A DNA stretch of 42,168 nucleotides from Campylobacterota bacterium (GTDB taxonomy: Bacteria > Campylobacterota > Campylobacteria > Campylobacterales > Sulfurimonadaceae): NCBI GenBank assembly GCA_030836825.1, contig JAUPLR010000022.1:1-42168 (forward strand), in the 5' to 3' direction. Positions 9,812 to 17,559 of this stretch are shown piece after piece. The notes beneath the pieces were generated by a model, which saw nothing but the letters and a program-made list of their open reading frames with translations, had not been told where the DNA came from and did no database searches. Position 1 is the stretch's first letter; each line of letters begins with the position of its first letter. A program made the translations under genes and the position numbers.

Positions 9812-11382
9812 TACATACTCCGTTTCACGCCAAACCATTTGGCGGTGTCTTTGGATTTTTCAATACGATCTTGCAGCATGAGATAAATACCATGCGTCCC
9901 TAAAATAGCCGTAATCATAGAAGCAATAATACCGATGCTAATAGTGACGGCGAATCCTTTGATGGCCCCAGTTCCATAGGCATACAGGGCAACAGCAGCA
10001 ATCAACGTAGTGATATTGGAATCCGTAATCGCTCGCATCGCATTTTCATACCCTACTTCAATAGCCCGTTTCACAGAAGAACCTTCCGCAAGAACTTCCC
10101 GTATCCGTTCGTTGATAATAACATTGGAATCAACCGCCATACCGACCGTCAAAACAATCCCCGCCATACCCGGCAAAGTGAGCGTAGCCCCAAAAAGCGC
10201 CATTACCGCAATAATCAATAAGATATTAACCACCAGAGCGATGTTGGCAATGACTCCAGCACGTCGATAATAAAACATCATAAACAACACAACCGCTCCA
10301 AAACCCGAGAGCAGTGCAATCATGCTTGCCTTAATACTGTCGGCACCCAAGCTAGGTCCTACTGAACGCTTTTCCATCATGTAAATCGGAGCGAGCAATG
10401 CGCCCGAACGAAGGGCAATTGCGAGATCGTTGGCTTCGGCGGTCGTATAGTTACCGCTGATTTGCCCTGAACCGCCGCCGATTCGCTCATTGATCACCGG
10501 AGCGGAATAGACTTTTCCATCCAACACGATCGCAAGACGCTTACCGACACTTTTGCCCGTAAAGTCCCCAAAAATCTGAGCGCCTTCGGAATTAAGGGTA
10601 AAATTAATAACCGGTCGGTTGTTTTGATCGTATCCGACTTGCGCATCCGTAAGCAAGGCTCCATCCAAAATGGCAATTTCATGCACAAGGTGTTTTGTTT
10701 TCGGCTCTAATGCATCATCGAGGAGCTTATCGCCAAAACTTGCCGCTTCTGCTTCAGTAATTTCATTGGCGCGCATAGCACGATCTTCATCAACCGCCAT
10801 CATTTCCAACTTAGCGGCACGAGAAATAAGCTCACGCGCACGCTGTTCTTCTTGAGCAGTTTTAATACCCGGTAATTCAACCAAGATTTTATCAACACCT
10901 TGTTTCGCAACGGTAGGCTCTGAAAGACCAAATTGATCCAGTCGATTACGAATCGTTTCAATCGCCTGATCTACGGATTGAATTTTCAATTTTTCAATAG
11001 CAGCGGGCGTCATAGACAAAGAGTACTGCCCCTGCGCAGAATGGACAACCGTCCCTTCCACTTTTTTCAAATATTCATCCATCACTACCGCATCATCTTC
11101 ATCCAGAAGCTCAAACGTAACCGCAGTACTGCTGGCGCTTAATCCATCGAGAAGGATATCGTTACGCTCCGTAAAATGTTTAATGCCAGAGGCCATGGAT
11201 TTGAGCTGAGACGTCAATGCTTCTTCGGTTTTGACCCCCAAAAGCATGTGCAAACCGCCTTGAAGATCCAGCCCCAACGTAATTTTTGCCCCATTTTGAC
11301 TTTGCGTCAATGAAGGAAGTGAAAAAACAAGCCCGAAAATCGTGGCGAAAATCAGTGTTACTACGCGGTAATTAAGCTTCAT
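9811..11382 (-). CDS. secD: Protein translocase subunit SecD
   Basis: LGLDLQGG, IRNRLDQFG and GMAVDSNVIINERIRE motifs. Confidence 0.97.
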   Translation of the reverse strand: MKLNYRVVTLIFATIFGLVFSLPSLTQSQNGAKITLGLDLQGGLHMLLGVKTEEALTSQLKSMASGIKHFTERNDILLDGLSASSTAVTFELLDEDDAVVMDEYLKKVEGTVVHSAQGQYSLSMTPAAIEKLKIQSVDQAIETIRNRLDQFGLSEPTVAKQGVDKILVELPGIKTAQEEQRARELISRAAKLEMMAVDEDRAMRANEITEAEAASFGDKLLDDALEPKTKHLVHEIAILDGALLTDAQVGYDQNNRPVINFTLNSEGAQIFGDFTGKSVGKRLAIVLDGKVYSAPVINERIGGGSGQISGNYTTAEANDLAIALRSGALLAPIYMMEKRSVGPSLGADSIKASMIALLSGFGAVVLFMMFYYRRAGVIANIALVVNILLIIAVMALFGATLTLPGMAGIVLTVGMAVDSNVIINERIREVLAEGSSVKRAIEVGYENAMRAITDSNITTLIAAVALYAYGTGAIKGFAVTISIGIIASMITAILGTHGIYLMLQDRIEKSKDTAKWFGVKRSM

Positions 11383-11638
11383 CCTCGTACTTTCTTGTCA
11401 CAGCATCTTTAACCAAGCGCCCTTCGACATCGTTGTTGAATTTTACGGTGAAGAAATTCTCTTCAACTTTTTTGATCTCTACAATCAAGCCGCCAGTGGT
11501 AACAACTTTATCACCTTTTGCTAAAACGGCAAGCATATCGGCATGCTTCTTAGCTTGCTTTTGTTGTGGACGAATAATGACAAAATACATGATTGCAATC
11601 AAAAATGCAAACGGGAGCAATTGGGAGACAAATTCCAT
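11372..11638 (-). CDS. yajC: Preprotein translocase subunit YajC
   Basis: YFVIIRPQQKQ...GDKVVTTGGL. Start reassigned to ATG 11638, which follows an AAGGAA Shine-Dalgarno. Confidence 0.95.
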   Translation of the reverse strand: MEFVSQLLPFAFLIAIMYFVIIRPQQKQAKKHADMLAVLAKGDKVVTTGGLIVEIKKVEENFFTVKFNNDVEGRLVKDAVTRKYEDEA

Positions 11639-11665
11639 GGAATTCCTTGAATAAAATATGATTGC

Positions 11666-11671
11666 ATTATA
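11666..11671 (-). promoter_or_regulatory. Putative sigma70/80 -10 box (TATAAT) for the yajC-secDF-leuS operon
   Basis: Perfect TATAAT on the minus strand about 27 nt upstream of the yajC ATG. Confidence 0.6.
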
Positions 11672-11692
11672 CTCAAAAGAGATTAACATCGG

Positions 11693-11698
11693 TATAAT
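11693..11698 (+). promoter_or_regulatory. Putative -10 box (TATAAT) for lnt, likely giving a leaderless mRNA
   Basis: GGTATAAT-TTGTCC-ATG: 6 nt between the hexamer and the ATG, no SD. Confidence 0.6.
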
Positions 11699-11704
11699 TT
11701 GTCC

Positions 11705-12922
11705 ATGAAACTGCAATCAAAAACAATTTTCGAACTTCTCACCCTCCCCTTACTTATCGCGATTGGCTTTAGTGCTTTTATTTATTGGGAACATTTCCAT
11801 TTAACCTCAAAAGCACTCAATACCTTTATGGGACTAGGCGCACTTTATGGACTTTTACACGCACCCAAGCGTAGTCTTCCCCTCGCCGGTTTTTGGATCG
11901 GGTTGCTGTGGTGCTACTGGATCGGCTACAGTTTTCAGTATTATGGGCTTGGCTGGGCCCAAAAGTTGGTGGCATTAGGATTCGGAATCGTTTATGCCCT
12001 TTATTACGGCTCATTGGGACTAACGTCAAACCCATGGTTGCGGGCGCTGCTTCTTTTTGGACTGACGTATGTGTGGCCAATGGACTTTAACTGGATGCAG
12101 CCTGAATTGGTTTTTATTGAAAGTTATATGGGGTTTGAGAAATGGCAGTTTGGTTTGATTTTAATCTCTCTGGCCTCTACGGCTTTATTTTTCAAATACA
12201 AAAAAATAATTCCCCTTCTTGCCCTCTTTTTTGCCCTACAGCCTACCTACCCGCCGCCACCAAAACCCGATGTGCGCATCAAGCTCATTTCTACGGACCT
12301 CTCACAAGACTTAAAATGGCAGGAATCCAGCATCACGGATATTATTACCGAAAATATACGTCAAATTGATATAGCCGCGACGCAAGGCTACGATCTCGTC
12401 GTCTTGCCTGAATCTGCGTTTGTTGTTTACATGAACCATTACCCCGCGCTCGAAGAGGAACTCCTACGTCGCTCCCAAAAAATTGCCATACTAACAGGGA
12501 CCCTGCACGAAGAAGATTCATTGCATTACAATGTTGCGTATTTGTTTAACAAGGGAGAAATTACGGTTGCAAAAAAAATGATTCTTGTCCCCTTTGGAGA
12601 ATACATACCGTTGCCGGCAATTTTACGAGACTGGGTCAACCGTAATGTGTTTGCAGGAGGTTCTAATTTTGTAACAGCCGACAAACCAACCGATTTTGTG
12701 ATCAAAGGGGTGAAATTTCGCAATGCCATTTGTTATGAAGCAACACGGGAAGAGCTCTATACGCCGGATGCGAAGTATTTGATTGCAATGAGCAACAACG
12801 GCTGGTTCAAACCCTCTATCGAACCGACGCTGCAAAATCTTCTAATACGCTTTTATGCCCGTAAAAACGGTTCAATGGTGTTTCATTCCGCCAATGGCGG
12901 AGGGAGCGGCGTGGTGTATTAG
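11705..12922 (+). CDS. lnt: Apolipoprotein N-acyltransferase
   Basis: Multiple TM segments and the nitrilase-fold triad E (LPESA), K (KMILVPFGEY), C (ICYE). Divergent from yajC as in other Campylobacterota. Confidence 0.94.
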   Translation: MKLQSKTIFELLTLPLLIAIGFSAFIYWEHFHLTSKALNTFMGLGALYGLLHAPKRSLPLAGFWIGLLWCYWIGYSFQYYGLGWAQKLVALGFGIVYALYYGSLGLTSNPWLRALLLFGLTYVWPMDFNWMQPELVFIESYMGFEKWQFGLILISLASTALFFKYKKIIPLLALFFALQPTYPPPPKPDVRIKLISTDLSQDLKWQESSITDIITENIRQIDIAATQGYDLVVLPESAFVVYMNHYPALEEELLRRSQKIAILTGTLHEEDSLHYNVAYLFNKGEITVAKKMILVPFGEYIPLPAILRDWVNRNVFAGGSNFVTADKPTDFVIKGVKFRNAICYEATREELYTPDAKYLIAMSNNGWFKPSIEPTLQNLLIRFYARKNGSMVFHSANGGGSGVVY

Positions 12923-14376
12923 TGACGAACCGTTAGGTTCTTTGCATTGATTGCAGCGATCACTTCCTCGATGCGTTTCATTTTTTCTTCTTCATCGTCC
13001 ATGTTATGGATCGCATCGAGATTAAAAATTTGCAGCTTTCCATCAAGATAACCCGTATCAAGTTTACCGTCAATGAAATCTTGATCGCGAACGATCTGGC
13101 GGTGCAATGCGATATTGGTCGGGACACCCTCGATGATAAACTCATCCAATGCACGTTTTGCTTTACGTACACAATCATCCCACGTTTGCGCCGATACGAT
13201 CAATTTACCGATCATGGAGTCATAGTTTGAAGGTATGAGGTAGTTCGTATACGCCATACCGTCCATACGCACACCTGGACCACCCGGAGTAAGATAACGC
13301 GTGATAAGCCCCGGGGATGGAGCAAAGTCCAATTTTGGATTTTCCGCATTGATACGAAACTCAATCGCAAACCCTCTAAGATGAATTTCTTCTTGCATGT
13401 ATTTAAGCTTATCCCCCTCGGCGATTTGAATCATACGTTGAATCAAATCAATACCCGAGATAAGCTCTGTTACCGGATGCTCAACTTGAACGCGGGTATT
13501 CATCTCGATGAAGTAAAAATTGTCGTCTTGATCGACTAGGTATTCGATTGTTCCCACACTTTCATAGCCCAAACGGTACATTGCTTTTTTGGATACACGG
13601 TAGAGTTCACGACGAACCTCTTGGTTAAGAAGCGGTGATGGAGCGATTTCGATCACTTTTTGGTGACGACGCTGAATAGAACAGTCACGATCACCCAAGT
13701 GAACGACATTGCCGTATTTATCGGCAACGATTTGAATCTCGATGTGACGAGGATTTCTAAGATATTTTTCAATAAACATTTCACCGCGACCGAAAAAACG
13801 GATCGATTCATTGGCAGCTGATTCATACATCTCTTTGAAATCAGTCGCACGTTCTACGATACGCATACCGCGTCCGCCTCCGCCAAATGCCGCTTTAATG
13901 ATAATCGGAAACCCAATATCACCGGCGATTTTTTGGGCATCCTCAACGCTGTCAATCGGTTCATCGGTACCCGGAAGCATGGGAACCCCGACTGCGCGCA
14001 TTGCTATCTTGGATGCCATTTTGTCCCCAAAAAGGGCAATGTGCTCCGGTTTTGGACCGATGAAAATAACACCGTTGTCCGCACATGCCTGTGCAAATTC
14101 TGCACTCTCAGAAAGGAATCCGTATCCTGGATGGATTGCGTCACACTCCGCTTTTTTTGCCAAGGATAGAATACGCTCATAGTCTAAATATGCAGCAATC
14201 GGATCACCCATAATCGGATAACACTCATCTGCTTTACGCACCCATACGCCATTAACGTCTGCTTCTGAAAAAATCACAACACTTTTAACTTCAAGCTCTT
14301 TACAAGCCCGAATAATACGCAATGCAATCTCACCGCGGTTTGCAATCAAAACTTTGTTAATCTTTTTGCATTCCAT
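12919..14376 (-). CDS. Biotin carboxylase subunit (pyruvate/2-oxoacid carboxylase subunit A type, AccC/PycA family)
   Basis: ANRGEIA, HPGYGFLSE, GGGGRGMR, DCSIQRRHQK, EMNTRVQVEH and YDSMIGKL motifs. The 485 aa length with a C-terminal extension is more like PycA than AccC. Confidence 0.9.
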   Translation of the reverse strand: MECKKINKVLIANRGEIALRIIRACKELEVKSVVIFSEADVNGVWVRKADECYPIMGDPIAAYLDYERILSLAKKAECDAIHPGYGFLSESAEFAQACADNGVIFIGPKPEHIALFGDKMASKIAMRAVGVPMLPGTDEPIDSVEDAQKIAGDIGFPIIIKAAFGGGGRGMRIVERATDFKEMYESAANESIRFFGRGEMFIEKYLRNPRHIEIQIVADKYGNVVHLGDRDCSIQRRHQKVIEIAPSPLLNQEVRRELYRVSKKAMYRLGYESVGTIEYLVDQDDNFYFIEMNTRVQVEHPVTELISGIDLIQRMIQIAEGDKLKYMQEEIHLRGFAIEFRINAENPKLDFAPSPGLITRYLTPGGPGVRMDGMAYTNYLIPSNYDSMIGKLIVSAQTWDDCVRKAKRALDEFIIEGVPTNIALHRQIVRDQDFIDGKLDTGYLDGKLQIFNLDAIHNMDDEEEKMKRIEEVIAAINAKNLTVRH

Positions 14377-14411
14377 GAGGTATCTCTAGCCTATTAAAAT
14401 TTTATTGCGAG

Positions 14412-14417
14412 ATTGTA
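14412..14417 (-). promoter_or_regulatory. Putative -10 box (TACAAT) for the biotin carboxylase gene
   Basis: GGTACAAT on the minus strand about 35 nt upstream of the ATG. Confidence 0.45.
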
Positions 14418-14497
14418 CCGACTTAATAGTTAAAATGAATGGGTTCTCATACTTGAATAAGCCACTCATGTTTCTTTGATTTTTTTAAAATACGCAC

Positions 14498-14503
14498 TAT
14501 AAT
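14498..14503 (+). promoter_or_regulatory. Putative -10 box (TATAAT) for cysK
   Basis: TATAAT preceded by T-rich periodic tracts typical of Campylobacterota promoters. Confidence 0.55.
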
Positions 14504-14524
14504 ATGCCAAAAATGGATTTCATA

Positions 14525-15448
14525 ATGAAGATAGCAGCTAACGTTACTGAGCTAATAGGCAATACTCCTCTGTTACGGCTCAATGCACAATCGTCCTCTA
14601 CCGGCGCTACCATACTGGGGAAATGTGAATTTATGAATCCTACGAGTTCCGTCAAGGACCGTATCGGGAACAACATGATCGCGTCTGCAATGGCTGAGGG
14701 AAAAATCAATAAAGACACCATGGTCATCGAACCTACCAGTGGAAACACCGGCATAGCTTTGGCCTCTATTTGCGCTGCTCTGGGTCTAAAGCTCACGCTC
14801 ATGATGCCCGAATCTATGAGCATCGAGCGTCGCAACCTTTTGTCGGCCTTGGGGGCCAACCTAGTGCTTACCCCTGCCTCACAGGGGATGAAAGGCGCGA
14901 TTGACGAGGCTAATAATCTTGCAGCAACCATTGAAAACGCTATTGTATTGCAACAGTTTTCCAATCCTGCTAACCCGCAAATACATCGCGAAACCACCGG
15001 ACCTGAAATATTACAAGATACCGAGGGAAAGGTTGATATATTTGTCGCTTCCGTAGGTACAGGCGGTACCATTACGGGGGCAGGAGAAGTGCTACGCGCA
15101 GCCATCCCGCATCTACAGATTATTGCCGTTGAACCAAAAGATTCCGCTGTTCTTTCGGGAGGTAAAGCCGGACCTCATAAAATACAGGGGATTGGAGCCG
15201 GATTTATTCCCGATATTCTCAATGTTTCTCTGTACAACGAAGTGATTACCGTAAGCAATGAAGACGCTATTGCAACGGCCAAAGAGCTGGCTAAAACCGA
15301 AGGCATTCTTGTCGGTATTTCTGCCGGAGCCAACGTTTATGCAGCAATGCAAGTAGCAAAGCGTCCTGAAAATCAAGGTAAGACCATTGTCACCATCTTG
15401 TGCGATACGGCAGAACGCTATTTAAGTACCGCGCTGTTTGAAGCCTGA
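14525..15448 (+). CDS. cysK: Cysteine synthase A (O-acetylserine sulfhydrylase)
   Basis: IGNTPL, SVKDRI (PLP lysine), EPTSGNTG, GTGGT, HKIQGIGAG and ERYLST motifs. Start moved to 14525 because ATG 14504 abuts the -10 box. Confidence 0.96.
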   Translation: MKIAANVTELIGNTPLLRLNAQSSSTGATILGKCEFMNPTSSVKDRIGNNMIASAMAEGKINKDTMVIEPTSGNTGIALASICAALGLKLTLMMPESMSIERRNLLSALGANLVLTPASQGMKGAIDEANNLAATIENAIVLQQFSNPANPQIHRETTGPEILQDTEGKVDIFVASVGTGGTITGAGEVLRAAIPHLQIIAVEPKDSAVLSGGKAGPHKIQGIGAGFIPDILNVSLYNEVITVSNEDAIATAKELAKTEGILVGISAGANVYAAMQVAKRPENQGKTIVTILCDTAERYLSTALFEA

Positions 15449-16019
15449 TCTACTTTTCGAGACCCTCCGCTGCGAGGATGGGGTTATTGCTCATTTAGAC
15501 TACCATCAAAAACGACTTGCATCTTCTTTGCAGTGTCTGGGCTCCAAAATGCACTTCGACCTCCAAGGACTCATTACTCCACCAAAAATTGGCGTTTATC
15601 GATGCCGTTTTGTCTATGACGCGGATTCCTATCGTATAGAATTTCATCCCTACACATCTTCGAAAATAAGCGCATTGCGATTGATACATGAAGACACCGT
15701 CCATTATCCCCTCAAATACACCCATAGAGATGCCCTTAATGCTCTCTTTGAACGCAGAGACACCTGCGACGATGTTCTTATCGTCAAAGATGGGATACTC
15801 AAAGATACCACCATCGCAAATATTGCTTTGCGCATCGATGGGCAATGGTTCACTCCCCAATCTCCTCTTTTGTATGGCACCACAAGGGCGAGACTTATCG
15901 ACGAGGGCTTGCTCCTGCCTGCCGTTTTAACCCCGAACGATATACCCAATACACAAAAAGTTGCCATAATGAATGCAATGGTAGGATTTGTGGAGATCGA
16001 AAATGGTATAATTACCTAA
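15438..16019 (+). CDS. Class IV aminotransferase family, 4-amino-4-deoxychorismate lyase (PabC)-like
   Basis: FETLR, HLDYHQKRL, LKY PLP-lysine region, DTTIANI and LLYGTTRARL motifs. TTG start overlaps the cysK end. Confidence 0.8.
   Translation: MKPDLLFETLRCEDGVIAHLDYHQKRLASSLQCLGSKMHFDLQGLITPPKIGVYRCRFVYDADSYRIEFHPYTSSKISALRLIHEDTVHYPLKYTHRDALNALFERRDTCDDVLIVKDGILKDTTIANIALRIDGQWFTPQSPLLYGTTRARLIDEGLLLPAVLTPNDIPNTQKVAIMNAMVGFVEIENGIIT
16004..16012 (+). promoter_or_regulatory. Putative extended -10 promoter (TGGTATAAT) for the 156 aa hypothetical
   Basis: TGnTATAAT within the last codons of the pabC-like gene, 30 nt before ATG 16043. Confidence 0.55.
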
Positions 16020-16042
16020 AATACATACAATAGGCTCAAAGC

Positions 16043-16513
16043 ATGCTCTTCGATATTATTAAAAGTCCTTCATTTGGCCGACTCATGGAGGCTCATGTTC
16101 GTGACATACTGATCTTTCTCTTTGAAAGCGATCAAAATTTTGGAGTTTTATGCAAGATAGAGCATTTAACGTTTGACCCACCGCTACCAGACGATATAAG
16201 CCGTGAATTTCGACCCATGACGCTTTTCTTCTTTGCAGGGTATACTTTTGAAAGCGCTCGATTGGAAAACAACATGCTCTATTTTGAAGCGGGATTTGGT
16301 CAAGAAAATATTGGGAGTTTAGTGAGTGTTCCCTTGTTGAGTATCGTTCAAGTGATTATCGATGATACTCCGGCATTTGTCAATCTCGCAATACCTCAAA
16401 AAGAATCTATCCATGTAGCGATTGAAAAAAAAGAGGGCATTAAAAATTCAATGAGCTCTTTTCTTTCCAATCCTGAAAATCAGAAATTTATCAAAGAACC
16501 CTCAAAAAAATAG
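16043..16513 (+). CDS. Conserved Campylobacterota hypothetical protein (possible SspB-like fold, see findings)
   Basis: Clean 156 aa ORF with its own promoter. Carries AGYTFES..FEAGFG..VPL, which I recall from proteins encoded near uvrD in this phylum. Confidence 0.8.
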   Translation: MLFDIIKSPSFGRLMEAHVRDILIFLFESDQNFGVLCKIEHLTFDPPLPDDISREFRPMTLFFFAGYTFESARLENNMLYFEAGFGQENIGSLVSVPLLSIVQVIIDDTPAFVNLAIPQKESIHVAIEKKEGIKNSMSSFLSNPENQKFIKEPSKK

Positions 16514-16521
16514 GAGGCTTT

Positions 16522-17421
16522 TTAGAGATTAAGCCCGTGCAGAAAAGTAACAACGTTGTCGATAAACGCATCGTGCTTACGCTCTTTGCTGTAGGCGATG
16601 TAAAACTTACGCTTAATCTTGTAATTTTTAATACGCCCCTCAAAAAGACGCCCGTCTGCAACTTCCTCACTGATAACATGCTGTGAAATGACTGAGGCAA
16701 CAGGACGCTCTGCATTTTTAAGCGAGTGCATAATGGTTTCTTTAATCGCCGTTGTACTCGCAATCACGCCGATAACGCTAAAGTTTGAACACTCAACGCC
16801 CATCTCTTCAAAAACTTCTGAAGCCAATTTACGCGTGTGTGAGCCCTCATCACGACAGATCCAGTCCAATTTGTACAAATCCTCTTTTCGAAGCTGTTTG
16901 GGAATCGGCTGGTTTGAGAAGACAACCAGTTCATCCTCTTCCCACTCTCGATAAATAATTCCGTCCCTCATAACAGGAGACTCAATGAGCGCGATATCAA
17001 TCTTTTTATCCAGCAGCTGATCAATGATCTCTTCTGAAAGAGCCACACGAACGTGTACTTCATTGTTGATTTTATCTTTTAACTGTCCCAAATACCTAGG
17101 AAGTACGTAGTTTCCAATGGCGTACGAAGCCCCTACCACAAACGTAAACTCTTTATTGATGATTTTGAGAAGGTCTTTTTCACTCGCAAGGATCGCTTTT
17201 TCCAGCCTAGCCGCAATACGATAAAGGTCTTCGCCCTCTTTGGTCAGCTTAATCCCGTTTTTCTTACGATCAACAATACGCGTATCAAGGTATTCTTCCA
17301 AGAATTTAATCTGTTGCGTTACCGCAGGCTGCGATATCCCCAATTTTGCAGAAGCTTTTGAAAAACTTTTTTCTTTGATAACCGTCAAAAAAGTCAGTAA
17401 TTTCGCAAAGTCTTTTAACAT
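16522..17421 (-). CDS. LysR-family transcriptional regulator (CysL/CmpR-like substrate-binding domain)
   Basis: SFSKASAKLGISQPAVTQQIKFLEE HTH; 299 aa; WICRDEGSHTR resembles the CysL-like REXGSGTR motif. Confidence 0.92.
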   Translation of the reverse strand: MLKDFAKLLTFLTVIKEKSFSKASAKLGISQPAVTQQIKFLEEYLDTRIVDRKKNGIKLTKEGEDLYRIAARLEKAILASEKDLLKIINKEFTFVVGASYAIGNYVLPRYLGQLKDKINNEVHVRVALSEEIIDQLLDKKIDIALIESPVMRDGIIYREWEEDELVVFSNQPIPKQLRKEDLYKLDWICRDEGSHTRKLASEVFEEMGVECSNFSVIGVIASTTAIKETIMHSLKNAERPVASVISQHVISEEVADGRLFEGRIKNYKIKRKFYIAYSKERKHDAFIDNVVTFLHGLNL

Positions 17422-17452
17422 AATAATTCCTATAAGTAAAATACATAGACGT

Positions 17453-17458
17453 ATTATA
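17453..17458 (-). promoter_or_regulatory. Putative -10 box (TATAAT) for the LysR gene
   Basis: Perfect hexamer about 31 nt upstream of the ATG. Confidence 0.5.
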
Positions 17459-17520
17459 ACTCAATATTATGATGAACACAAGAGATTGACGCTTTTAAAT
17501 AGCTTTGTGAATTATTGGGC

Positions 17521-17526
17521 TATAAT
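17521..17526 (+). promoter_or_regulatory. Putative -10 box (TATAAT) for uvrD-truB-csrA-ispE-smpB
   Basis: GGCTATAAT 33 nt upstream of ATG 17560. Confidence 0.55.
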
Positions 17527-17559
17527 AAAGCAATTCATGCACGAAGGCGCACATTTAAT

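Noticed and set aside
14497-15105. 202 aa antisense ORF over cysK
   Set aside because: A shadow of a highly conserved gene on the opposite strand; no RBS or protein motifs.
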